Assembly (NCBI RefSeq): GCF_036321535.1
Contig: NC_087451.1
Location: 13,764,001 to 13,828,000 of the forward strand
Direction of reading: 5' to 3'
Length of the DNA: 64,000 bases
Origin: Camelus dromedarius
Lineage: Eukaryota
Shown: positions 49,850-61,309 of the stretch, in pieces
How positions within the stretch are numbered: position 1 is the stretch's first letter
Layout: each line of letters begins with the position of its first letter
Position numbers and translations under genes: made by a program
Notes under the pieces: model-generated
The model's database searches: none
The model's input: only the letters and a program-made list of their open reading frames with translations
What the model was told of the DNA's origin: nothing

Positions 49850-50010
49850 ACTGCTTGCCGTCCAAGCCAGGCTTCACCTCTGTCTCAGTATAGTTATTCT
49901 ATAAAATGAAGGTGTTACTAGGTACTACCTCATATGGCTATTGTACGTATTGGTTAAAATAAAGTGCTTAAAAGTGCCTGCACACAGTAAGTGTTCAATA
50001 AATGTTAGCT
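49850..50010 (+). mobile_element. MIR SINE
   Basis: 'ctctgtctcagtatagttattctataaaatgaagg...agtgcctgcacacagtaagtgttcaataaatgttagctg'. Confidence 0.65.
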
Positions 50011-50818
50011 GCTGCTTTATTCTTTGGTATACATCGTGATATATTTGCTCCAATATAAGTGAGAAGGCTTAGGAAAGTTGGAAATCATAGGGCATTAGGG
50101 ATACAGTCCCCCCAATACACATGTACTTCGGGGTATTTGCATTTTAACCATCAGTTGTCCTTGATTAGTAAAGCAGAGGGATCACGTAGGTTTGAAAGTC
50201 CCTCCCCAGGGCACTCAGCTGAGACAATCCTTTCTGGGCTGAATCCCCATCAGCCACCGACTGGTTTAGGAGGCCGTTGGAGTCACCTTAAGTGCCCTTA
50301 ATTTCTCTTCCTCGCCTTAGGGGTCAGGAACAGGGAAGGCAGACCGAGCAAGCGGCAAGAGTACGTGCGTTCTCGGGGCTGGTGCAAGCCCCGGCTAAAG
50401 CTGGTTTCCCTCCCGCAAGCGTGGGAGCTCCTCGGGGAAGCAGGACATCAAACTCCCAGCACCCTCCTGCCCGGCACCGCGGGAAGCGATTTCCTCCCGC
50501 CCGGCACTGGGCGGGGCCGGAAGGGGCGGGGCCGTGCCCGCGCGGCAGGCGTAGTGGGTGGGGCGACCAGGCCGCGGTCATCTGCCCCGCGGGATGCGGC
50601 CGCTTGCCGAGGAGCGGAGGGTGGAGCCGGGGGCGAAGGCCGGCCAGAGTGGGGGCGGGTCCAGGCGCGACTCAGGCTGGGGCAAGTCCGCGGCGGATGC
50701 TTCAGCAGTGAACAGAGAGCGGCCGGGCCCTTGCGACCTGGGGCGGAGCTCCGCGATCCAAGTGCCCGGCTCCCCGAACGAGGTGGGCGGGTGGCTCGGG
50801 ACCCTGGCCAGGGCCGGC

Positions 50819-50950
50819 ATGGAGCGGTGGCGTGACCGGCTGGCACTGGTGACGGGAGCCTCGGGGGGCATCGGCGCGGCTGTGGCCCGGGCCTTGGTCC
50901 AACAGGGACTGAAGGTTGTGGGTTGTGCCCGCACCGTGGGCAACATTGAG
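50819..50950 (+). CDS. DHRS11: Dehydrogenase/reductase SDR family member 11, exon 1
   Basis: MERWRDRLALVTGASGGIGAAVARALVQQGLKVVGCARTVGNIE with TGxxxGIG Rossmann motif; |gtaagg donor. Confidence 0.96.
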
Positions 50951-50974
50951 GTAAGGCCCGGCCGAGGAGAGGGT

Positions 50975-51017
50975 CGCTCTCTCTGGGTGGCGTCGACGCT
51001 CTCTCTGGGTGGCGTCG
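50975..51017 (+). repeat. Perfect 21-bp direct repeat (period 22) in DHRS11 intron 1
   Basis: cgctctctctgggtggcgtcg at 50975-50995 and 50997-51017. Confidence 0.9.
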
Positions 51018-53701
51018 TTCCCGCCGGGATAGGGTCCAGGTGGGGGAGGAGGATTGGCTGGAGCCAGGCTGTCACGCTGCCTTCACTGGCCTGCCACCCC
51101 AGGGCCATTTGCAGCGGGCTCAGGGGCAGGAGAGATGGCTGCCTAGTAGGGATCCTTCAAGGCAGGCCTCTCTACCTTCGCTTTTTAAAGTTCCATCTTT
51201 TAAGGAGCCTTTTCTCCTGACAGGCTCTACTCCAGTGTACCAAATCTCTGACTCCCTGGCATCTTTCTCCCTCTTTCCTACCTGCCTGCCCAGGTTGGCT
51301 GAAGAAAAGAGAAGCCATAGCTCAGGAGCTACCTAGGCGGCCAGGGAGAAGGAAAGAAAGCTTTTTGGCCTCAGTGGCTAAGTTGGCTACTGGATTGCTT
51401 CCTCTGGTCCCCAGACCTAGCCTACAAAGCCAAGCAAAGTGGCTGGCCATCCAGATGAGCAGGAGCTAGAGGTTTTGATCATGATCATTCTTCTCCCAGG
51501 ACAGAGCGTGGGGTTGGAGTTCTTCTGAAGAGGCTTAGCCCCACCTCCTCCTGAAATGTGAGGATTAACCCCTATTCAATGGACATAAGACAGGAATGGG
51601 ATATTCATAGCTAGACCTTTCTTCAAGTTTACTGTCCCAGGTGGGACTGAGTAGGTAAAATACGGTGTTGAATATGTGAGCCCTGAGGGAACAAAGCATT
51701 GTGGAGCTGAAACTCCTTGGTTTTACCTTAATGAGAGTTGGGAGCCCTGAGTTGTGAACAATAAGCTCAGAGAAAAATGAAATGAAGTTGGCAGTGTTGG
51801 AGCAAGGGAGGAAGAAGACGAGAAATTTCCACCACAGGATCACTTTGGATCCTGGCAAGATCCCTTTCAGGATTTGGGCTAGTGCCTAGCTTTATCTCCA
51901 CCCTTGCTCAAAGTCCCTGGGTGGGGAGAGGGTGAGGAGGCCTTGGGTGGGGACAGAGCGGGAAGGTGTACAGGAAGGAGGACTCTCCCCTCCCCTGCTG
52001 CTGACCAAAGGTACACTTTATAGCCTCCTAGGTAGTCCCAAGGTCACCTGGCTATACCATTGCCCAACTCTGCCCCTCCTTTCTCCTATTCTGAGGTACT
52101 CCAGGGCCAAACCCATGCTTTGGAGCCTAGAGGATCAAGCCAGGGATTAGACCACTGGATTCCCCAATTCTAAAACCACCTTTGCCTTCTCCTCCTACTG
52201 CCCAACCTGAACTAGCCAGGAAAGTAGTCCCTGAGCCCCAAGGGGATCCCCCAGCTGCTCACTCAGCTCCAGGATGCCTCCTTTAATGAGGGGAGAATGC
52301 CTCTGCTGGGAGGACTGACATGATTTCAGTTCATTTTTGAGGGTAGAGGGGGACGGGTAGGGCAATGAGAAGGCAATGACAAGGAGAAATAAATTCTCAG
52401 GCTTTCCATTCTGGTTTTCCTGCGGGGCTTTGAGTCTGGAGGAGGAAGGGAGAATTTGCATGCCACGGGAGGGGAGAATTCCAGGCTTCCTCGCCCACAG
52501 TCTTGTTTTATTTATTGATTGATTCATTCACTCACTGATACAAAAACACAGTTTAAGTTCTGGCCTATTTCCTGAGGTGGTCGTGAGTAGGTGAAATCCG
52601 GTGCAGAGGGACTTCTCAGTCCCAGAGGACTATACCTCTTAAACTCTTGGAAAGTTAAAGCAGAAAAGAATTTCCTAGGTCACCTGACCCAGCCCTTTAT
52701 TCCCAGCTTGCTTTGAGGGAAGGAAGGTGTTCCAGGGCAGCTGGCCAAGCTGGCCCTCCTCTCGGGCACCCCGCACCCACCAGCCCTCTGCCTCCCACAC
52801 ATGTACGTAGTCACCTTCACGAGGCTCAGGTGCCCAGTCACTGTCCTCGAGGTGACCACGTAGCTTGTTTTCTTCCCGCTTCTGAATGTCAGGTTCCCTC
52901 ACAGCCATCTCTCAGCAGCTTTGCTTTCTCTCTCAGGGCTCCTCAGTGTCTGGAGGGCCCTGGCAATGCACGGGGTGTGCCCAAGGTCATCTGCCACCTG
53001 ACTTGGCTCATTGTCTCCAGAGAAACTTTGGTGCAGGGTGGCACACCATGGGACAGAGAGAAAGAGTCTGTCCTGACTTCCTGGTCCTTTCTATAGGCAG
53101 GGTCAGGGGAGACTGGCAGTTGGGTTCCACTGAAAAGTATGTGTGAGAACTCAGAGCCAACCAGCTGCAGTTTGTGGAGGGAGGGCGACAGTTCAGATAC
53201 AAACCCTCTGGGAGGGACTGGATGAAGTGATGGGGAGAAGAGAATTGAGGCCCTGGCGTAACCAGCTCAGTGACGCTTGGCACTGGCGGAAGAGGCATGG
53301 GATGGGGAGACTGGCATCTTACTTATGAGCAGAGGTGGTGTTCCAGTTGGGAGAGAGTCAGAAAAGAGATATCACTGCATTCCCAGGATCCCTGCACCTC
53401 TTCTCTGGCTACCCCCATCCCAGCCCTAGCCCCTCTCCCTTCTTAGAACTGCAGACTCGAGTTTATCCATGAGGTTCCTCCATTGATGAGCTCAGCCTTC
53501 CCTCCCCCACACAGAGAGTGCTCTCATTCCCCGGACTTTGACCAGAGCTTTGGGGATGGGCAGTCCCAACATCTCTGTGGCCGCCAGGTGGCTGCCAAAG
53601 GCGAGAGTTCTGAGTGGTTGACGTCGGAGGGAGGTTGTGTCTGGGCGGGGAGGCGTGGAGTGAGCAGCTCACCCCAGTTAGACCTCTGTTGGGTTTCATA
53701 G

Positions 53702-53911
53702 GAGCTGGCGGCTGAATGTAAGAGTGCAGGCTACCCCGGGACTTTGATCCCCTACAGATGTGACCTGTCGAATGAGGAGGACATCCTCTCCATGTTCTCG
53801 GCTGTCCGCTCCCAGCACAGCGGTGTGGACATCTGCATCAACAACGCTGGCTTGGCCCAGCCAGACACCCTGCTCTCGGGCAGCACCAGCGGTTGGAAGG
53901 ACATGTTCAAT
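53702..53911 (+). CDS. DHRS11: DHRS11 exon 2
   Basis: 210 nt, catag| and |gtaagg; ELAAECKSAGYPGTLIPYRCDL...INNAG...WKDMFN. Confidence 0.96.
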
Positions 53912-56300
53912 GTAAGGGCTGCAGGCCAGGAGTGTGAGGCTGGGAGGAAGCGGGTTGCCGGAGATTGCATCATCGCTAGATGTCTGTCCTGAGCAGCACC
54001 AGAGGGCTGCTGGGGACAGATATCTAGTGAGAGGGGACTTCGGGTTCCTGCCTGGGTCTCTTTGACTCTCCTGCTTCTTTCCTTACCAGAGGGAGAGTGA
54101 GTGGGTGCATGGCCAGATCTTTTCTGTTTTTCTTTCCCTTAGTCCCTGGGGGCAGTTCTTAAAGTCTCTGGCTGATTTCCTTCTGTTGGAAGAGAGATTG
54201 GTAGGGGAGAGAACTGCTGTCTGTCCCCAGGTGTCGGCACTGTGCTGAGTGCTTGGGAACATGGTCTTCTAGGAGGAAAAGGAAGGGAGAGAGACAGGAG
54301 ATGATAATCTCACCCAGCTCTGCCAGTAACTATGCGGCTTCAGGTAGTTACCCTTTCTGAACCTCAGTCTTGTCACATTTGATTGGGATGGACACTCCTA
54401 GACCATCAATATCTGGGGTCACAAACTCCAGTGTCCCCTGAGGACAGGCAGATACATAAATGAATGAGGTGGGTCACGTGGGAAAGTACCCCGCTGTGTG
54501 TGGTGGTGGCCACTGCTGCAGCCCCCGCAGTGTGGGCCCCGTGTGGCCAGATCTTATGACTTCTTTGAGAGCAGTGGGGAGCCAAGATTTTCATGTGAGG
54601 TCCCACCCCTCCCATTCACCAAAACCTTGGCTCCATGAGGGCCAGGATTTTTGTCTATTTTATCCTCTTTTATAGCCTCAGCCTGCAGACACTCAATAGA
54701 TATTTTTTTCTGAATGACTGAAACCTTCCAATCCATGTTGGAAGTGAATTTAAAATGTTTTAAAACCATGTATGGCCCAAACACAGCCTTCAGGACATGG
54801 GTTTTTAAGTTCCAGACTTTATTATGGAGCAATATTAGGGTAGGAAAATATTCTGAGAAGCTGAGAGCAGTACGTACACACGATGCTTCTTTTTCCCCCC
54901 AGTCCTCTTTACATCTGCTCACAACAGATGTAGCACCTAACAGGTGCTTGGGCCTGGAAATGAACAATGAACATTGAAACAATGGACAGGGAAAATGAAG
55001 CACTGCCCTTGCCCTAAGAGAGTCTTCTGGAGGGTCCAAGTTGTGGTCCTCACCTACAGTAAGTGGGTCTCTAAACCTGGACCTCAACTTGCCCATCTAT
55101 AAAATCAGGCACATATGTTAAACCTCTGAGACCCCGTTCGGCTTGAATATTATGTAATTTTATTAGGATCATCTTATGAGGCATCTTCACTCCCACCTCT
55201 GACCCCAGACCTAGGAGAGTCACACCCCTGGCCCCAGGAGATCTACTTCTCCTACTCCGTTTGTCCTCAGCAGCTGGGTTCTCTGCCCCACAAACCCACA
55301 TTGCTAAGAGGACCAGCAGTAGGGCTGGAAACCTCCACTGTCCTGCCATGAACGCTGGGGCAGGTTCACACCAAGTGTGTTCTGTCCCGATGCCTGGCTC
55401 TGACACCTGATAAAGAGAAACATCTAATCTCCTGGCTGGTCTCCTCTCTTCCCGAGAGGAGAGGCGTGAAAACCTGCCGAAAGCTTTATCTCTGCTTGTC
55501 CTCGTGCAGGGCTAAGGGGCGAGGCTGGTAGGAGCTTCAGAGCAGAGACCTTCAGGCGTCTGTTCCGTGAAGGGCAGGGATCTGGGTTTACCTCTGCCAG
55601 AGTGAGTAGGGGTGGACTGGGGCCAAGGAAGGCAGGAAGCCCCCATGCCCCTGGGATGTCCCTTGCTATCCTGTGACAAGTTACCCCACCCTCTGAAGAG
55701 TCTCAGTGCCTACTCTGGTAGATGGAGCAGAGGTTAAAGGGAGGCGAGGAAGGAAGGAGGGTCAGGCCTTCTCCACTCAAGGGAGGGGTCGGGAAAGGTG
55801 CAGAGGCTAGCTGGTAGGGTGGGGAGAGGCTAGGGTCTGTGCTTGAGGAGAGAGACTTTCAAAGCCATTTTAGGGAGAATTTTAGGCTGTTTAGGAGAGA
55901 GCAGGGCCAGTGGCTCTGTCCCAGAGAAGCATAGGGTATTTGGGGGAAGAAAAGGAGACAGTTCCCTAGGACAGAGGTTCTGCTGTTTGCAGAGGAGACG
56001 GCCAAGACAGGGCTCCTGGGTCATGAGTGGGTCTGTGGCGGAGACTTCTGTTCCTGTTTCAAGAACTTGGGAGCATCACCCAGGGAGAGATGCTGCTCCT
56101 GCTGTCAGCTGCGGCTAGTGGCTTAAGGGGAGGGACACCCAAAGCTAGGTGCCCTGGCCCATTGTTGGTCTTTGGTGGGACCTGGACCCTGTTCTGGATG
56201 CCCCCGCGTCCCTGGTTCCCCCCGGGGGTGCTCTGTGACTCCATCACCTGCTCAGATGGGCCCAAGCTGGTGACACCCCATTGCCCTCCCTGGCCTGCAG

Positions 56301-56395
56301 GTGAATGTGCTGGCCCTCAGCATCTGCACGCGGGAAGCCTACCAGTCCATGAAGGAGCGCAAGGTGGATGACGGGCACATCATTAACATCAGCAG
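56301..56395 (+). CDS. DHRS11: DHRS11 exon 3
   Basis: 95 nt, ctgcag| and |gtgagg; VNVLALSICTREAYQSMKERKVDDGHIINIS(S). Confidence 0.96.
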
Positions 56396-57038
56396 GTGAG
56401 GCTGATGCCGAGGCCCAGAGCTCAGATCACCACACGCCCTCCAAGCCGGGTGATCTGCTGCGGCTTATTTGACTTCTTTGGACCCCAGTTTCCTTGGTGG
56501 TAAAATAGGGATTTAACACCCAAATAGCACAATTATGGAGAGGGGGAGAATAGTATCTGTCAGGGCCAGCCCCTAGCTGGCTGGAAGGGGTAGCTCAGCC
56601 CTTCTCTTTGTAGCTGAAGCCTGGGGGCTCTCCCGGGACTGAGGTTGTCCAGTCCTCAGGCCGTAGGATGCAGCTCACCTCACGGTACAAAGACTACACA
56701 GCATCTGTCATTGGGGAGCCCCCAAGACATGGCCTCTGCTCCCAGAGATCTCCCAATAGAATCACATCAGTGAACACACAGGTGAAGTTGAGAGATTTTT
56801 GACGGCCTGCACGAGCATGAATTCTGTGGTCAGCGTAGGGAGGACTTCCGGGAGGAGTGGGGCTCACAGGAGCTGCCTGAGTTACAGAAGCTGGATTAGT
56901 GGCGGTAAGGATGACCTCTGGGGGTCCCCTTTAGAAGGCGTCCCTGCAGCACCTCAGGGATGGGGTTGACTGGTACAGCAGGGGCACTGCTGGTCTCTGG
57001 GGGCTTCACTCTCCTTTCATTTCCCTCCCTCCACCCAG

Positions 57039-57168
57039 CATGTCTGGCCATCGAGTGTTGCCCCTGTCCGAGACCCATTTCTATAGTGCTACCAAGTTCG
57101 CCGTCACTGCACTGACCGAGGGACTGAGGCAAGAGCTTCGGGAGGCCCAGAGCCACATCCGAGCCACG
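57039..57168 (+). CDS. DHRS11: DHRS11 exon 4 (catalytic YxxxK)
   Basis: 130 nt, cccag| and |gtgagg; MSGHRVLPLSETHFYSATKFAVTALTEGLRQELREAQSHIRAT. Confidence 0.96.
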
Positions 57169-57788
57169 GTGAGGGGTGGCCTGGCCCCGGTGGGGACAGG
57201 GAGGCACAGGCCCTCCCCACCCCACACACTTCTCAGGGAGCCCATGATCTGGATGTGCTGCTTAGAGCTCCTGCGACTGTCCTGGGCACAGATCTCCTGG
57301 GGTCTGCTGCTGTTTGCATGGCCTTGCTCCCTCGTTTCTCTGACTTTGAGGAGGGAGGGGGCTGACCTGAAGGGAACACGGTGAGGTGAGACTGGTGGGG
57401 AAAAGCAAGGGATTGTGGGAAACCATGGCTGGAAAGCTGGATGCTGGGCACTTCCTTTGAAGCCTACATGACCTCAGGTGACTCACTCCATCTCCCTAGC
57501 CTCAGTCTTCTCATCTGTAAAATGGAGATGATAATACCCACCAAGTTATGAGGTTTTAAGGGACACTGTTTTGTAAAATGTTTACCTGGCTTATAGTAAC
57601 GGCTCTGTAGATGGTAGGAATCATTCTGATAATCCCCCAGTGGCAGCTTTGAAGGATGGAGGTGGCTGCTGGACATCGGGCTGTGAAGCTGGGGTCCCGT
57701 GGCCCCCATCCTTTCCCTGCCACCTCCCCAAGGCCTGGACTCTGACTGGGGCTCAGCCCCTGAGCAGGCTCTCTCTCTGTCGGCCCAG

Positions 57789-57881
57789 TGCATCTCTCCA
57801 GGAGTGGTGGAGACACAGTTTGCCTTCAAACTCCATGACAAGGACCCTGAGAAGGCAGCTGCCACCTATGAACACATGAAG
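57789..57881 (+). CDS. DHRS11: DHRS11 exon 5
   Basis: 93 nt, cccag| and |gtgagt; CISPGVVETQFAFKLHDKDPEKAAATYEHMK. Confidence 0.96.
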
Positions 57882-58084
57882 GTGAGTCCTCATTCTGGGC
57901 CCAGTAAAGCTCCTTAAGTGAAGGCAGAGGGGATCCTGGCCTTCAGACCGCGCCCTTCTAGCCAGCCCGTCAACCCTCCTGGAGGGTTGAGGTGGGAATG
58001 TGGATGCTGGAGAGGATGTCATAGGTGGGAGGGAACTTGGGGCCATTCTGTCTTCATCTCACCCCTCTCTCCCGGTACTCTCAG

Positions 58085-58150
58085 TGTCTCAAACCTGAGG
58101 ATGTGGCCGAGGCTGTCATCTATGTCCTCAGCACCCCACCCCATGTCCAG
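58085..58150 (+). CDS. DHRS11: DHRS11 exon 6
   Basis: 66 nt, ctcag| and |gtgagt; CLKPEDVAEAVIYVLSTPPHVQ. Confidence 0.95.
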
Positions 58151-58273
58151 GTGAGTCTGGCTTTGGCTGTCCACGCCCTGGAGGAGCCCAACCATCCCCA
58201 GAGGAGGAAAGCAGGGTGTCTTAAGAGGGTGGGGAGAGCGTCCTGGCTGCCTCAAGCCTTGTGCCTTCCGCAG

Positions 58274-58315
58274 ATCGGAGACATCCAGATGAGGCCCACG
58301 GAGCAGGTGACCTAG
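58274..58315 (+). CDS. DHRS11: DHRS11 exon 7 (terminal); spliced total 255 aa
   Basis: cgcag| then IGDIQMRPTEQVT-TAG. Confidence 0.95.
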   Translation: MGDIQMRPTEQVT

Positions 58316-58909
58316 CTTCCTGTGGGGAACTCCTCCTTCCCTCCCCGCCCCTCTCGGCTTGGCACCTGCCTCCAGATTTTAGGTGTTGATCTCTGGACCC
58401 TTGGATTCCACTTCCTTTCCCCACCCCCATCAGGGGCTGGAAAACTTGTTTGAGGTTTTTATATAATCTTGTTGAATTGTTTCCACCATGAATGTGAAAA
58501 ACGGGCTGGGAAGAGAAGGTGGTGTCTCCCTGATTGTTTCACCTGCCGACTCATTCTTGGTCCCCTTCTTAAGCTCCTTGGCCTTTGTTTGCTGTCCTTG
58601 GTCTCTCCTCTTTGACCTGGGGAGGGGACTGTGGCCAAAAGTGGGGCTGTCCCCTATCTCCTTGCCCCCCCACCCCCTGTCCCTCGAGGATGAGCTAGCA
58701 GAGGGAAGCCCTCACCTTCCATCTGAATTGGTGTCTGGGGCTCCGGGCTTCCTCCTCTCCCTGCCCCACCGCCCCCACCACCCCTTCCCCTCTCGTCCCA
58801 GTTCTCCAGCCCAAGTGTGGCTTCTCAGTCCCCGGTGGGGTCCTCACTCCACTTTGACTATGGCAGCAGAATACCAGGGCCTGCCTCCCACGAGGATTTC
58901 ACTGTGATC

Positions 58910-58915
58910 ATTAAA
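58910..58915 (+). terminator. Candidate DHRS11 poly(A) signal ATTAAA
   Basis: ATTAAA about 600 nt after the stop, followed by A-rich then GT-rich sequence. Confidence 0.55.
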
Positions 58916-59569
58916 GAAGAAAAATTGCAACAAACTACTTCGACTTCAGAAGTATCTTTCAGTTCTTGCCTCTTGCTGGGATCAGGAGTGGTTGTGTCTG
59001 TGACTTTGTTCCGGTAGAGTGGGAAGGTGGGTGGACTGGGGGCATCACTCCTGGGATGTGGATTACCTTTGGGTTGGGCCTTGAAAATGGGTAGGAGTTT
59101 GCCAGCCAGAAAAGAAGACAATAAGGTGTGCAAGGCTGGGGGCTCCGGAAGAGCATGCAGAGCTGTGGGAACAGCACAGCACTTAGTGCAGGTGTGATAT
59201 GGGGCTGAAAAGGTAGCATCTGCCTGGATCCCTGGGGATCTGAGACTGCGCAAGGAGTCTGGCCGCTACCTGTGGACCAAGAGCAATGGGTGGCTTGACA
59301 GCAGGTGCAGGACGGGCACAGAGCTGTCACTTAGAGAATCAGCACCATCGGATAGGAAGTTATTGGTGGGGTCCTGCTGACTCATGAGGGTTTGACAGTG
59401 GGGGTGCAGAGGAGGAGCTGGGTGCAGGAGAAGCGTCTGAGGAAAATCACCAGTACCTGGTAGTGAGCGGGGTATGGTGAAGGAGTCACCACGACTGATC
59501 TGGTTGACTAGGAGAGCCAACACACCGACTTAAAGTGTCCTTTGCTGGTGCCCTCCAGCCTCCTGGGAC

Positions 59570-60580
59570 CTTGAAGGGTGCAGAATGCAGCCCACAGTAG
59601 GGTCCGCTCAGCTGCGAATTCTCTGGTCGGCGGCGGTGCGGTGGGTGTCGTCACTCAGCCGGTCCTGCAGGGGGCGCTGTGGAGACGACCTGGCGGCTGG
59701 GCATGCGCTGAGCGGCACCGGGCAGGGGGCGGTGCCACCCGAACGCGGAAATGGAGCAGTTCACGTGGGGGCTGGGGCGGGTGGCCGGGTTCTGGGCAGT
59801 CTCGGAACTGGGAGTCCTAGCTTTTGTCTCCTGTATCCGAGCGTACGGCCTAGGGGCAGCTGTCGGGTCCCCTTCACCCGTGCTGGGGGCCTGGGAGCGG
59901 GCCCCGGTGGGTGGGGTGGGGTGACAGCTCCCAAGGACTCAGCCGGGGCTTCTATCATGGCACCGCTGGCGGCCTTCGGGGGCGCGACCTGGCGTTGCTG
60001 CGGCCGCCTCCTCAAACGTCCTTTCTCCCAAGCGGCGCGCCGTGGAGAGCGGCCTGGCGGGGAGGAGCTAAGCCGCTTGCTCCTGGATGACCTGGCGCCG
60101 ACCCAGCGGTCGGCCGGCGGTCTGGAGCTTCTGTTTGGCCTGTCCCCTTGTCTCCTGGCTCTGCGGGCCTCCCGCCGTCGCGTGGCCCGGCTCCTGCTCC
60201 AGGCCGGCAGGTCCGGGCTGCAGGGGGAGCGGGCCGAGCTGCTCCGCGCGGCTGAGGCGCGGGACATCCCAGTTGTGCGGCCCAGACGGCAGAAGCTGGA
60301 CGTCCTGTGCCGCTACCAGGTCCACCAGGGCGTCTGCATGGAAGTGAGCCCCCTGTGGCCCCGGCCCTGGGCTGAGGCCGGGGAGGCGGGGCCAGGAGAC
60401 AACCCCCAGCAGCTGTGGCTCGTCCTCGAGGGGCTCCAGGATCCCCGAAATCTTGGGGCCATTCTGCGCTCCGCTCACTTCCTCGGGGTGGATAAGGTCA
60501 TCACCAGCCAGAGAAACAGGCACGGACGCCCCTTATTCCCCGTGTGCCCCAGTCTGGAGGCGCGGCCGAGTTCCTAAGCA
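59570..60580. promoter_or_regulatory. CpG island; MRM1 promoter and exon 1
   Basis: CpG-dense; NRF1-like gggcatgcgc at about 59700 and ETS/YY1-like cggaaatgg at 59746. Confidence 0.8.
59957..60519 (+). CDS. MRM1: Mitochondrial rRNA 2'-O-methyltransferase 1 (SpoU/TrmH family), exon 1
   Basis: [29 protein letters not shown] (Arg-rich presequence-like) ... HQGVCMEV ... [21 protein letters not shown] (SPOUT motif 1); ends at a GC donor. Confidence 0.95.
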
Positions 60581-60722
60581 CCTTGACCCCTGGGTAGTCC
60601 CTTCAGCCAGGCCTCCCTCTCGCCCAGAATTCTCACCCCTAAACTCTTGGAGGCTGGGGGAGGGCACGGCTGCAGGCTTGAGATTACCCAGCCTCATTCA
60701 GGGACTTGGGGAAACTTTGCAG

Positions 60723-60816
60723 TTGCCCGCTAACTCCGGTAGTCAGCAAGGCCAGCGCCGGGGCCATGGAGGTGATGGACGTGTTCTCCACTGATGACCT
60801 GGCTGGTTTTTTACAG
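60723..60816 (+). CDS. MRM1: MRM1 exon 2
   Basis: 94 nt, ttgcag| and |gtaacg; [31 protein letters not shown]. Confidence 0.95.
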
Positions 60817-61309
60817 GTAACGGCGGGGGAAAGTGGGGAGACGGTAAAGGAAAAGAAATGAGCCGAGCTCAGCCTCTCCAAGGGCCCCCAGCCAGCAGCT
60901 GATGGAGAAAGGGGAGAGAAAGGGGTGTGTTGGTTTCGCTGCCTAAGCCCTTCTAAAACCCATTGAGAAGGGAAGGATCCTGGAGTTTTTAAAACCATAC
61001 GTGGAACAGAATCTGAAGTTATGAACTTTTACTGCACTCCTCTTGGAGGCAGACTGGGTTTACCTCAGTGCCTCATTGCCTGATAAGTCTAAGTCTTTGG
61101 TAAACGTTTAGCTGTGAGGAACTGGTGGCCGGGAGTCCTGGGTTCCTCCAGTAGGCGCATAGCTTGAAAGCCTCTTTGAACAAGAATGAGTCTATGCCTT
61201 TCCCCTCGTGCCTCCCACAAAACAAACAAATCCTAGACAAACCACCACCACCAACAACCAAAAAATGAAGGGGCAAACCTAAGTAAAAACCTCTCTCCTG
61301 GTCCATCCA

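Larger units (their letters stand above)
50300..51030. promoter_or_regulatory. CpG island; DHRS11 promoter and exon 1
   Basis: CpG-dense with multiple GC boxes (ggggcgggg at about 50523, gggcgg). Confidence 0.85.

Noticed and set aside
50292-50818. 87-aa N-terminal extension of DHRS11 and other island ORFs
   Set aside because: ORF 50558 has no ATG before 50819 and the extension is low-complexity GC-driven sequence; only the CTG at 50804 was kept as a finding.
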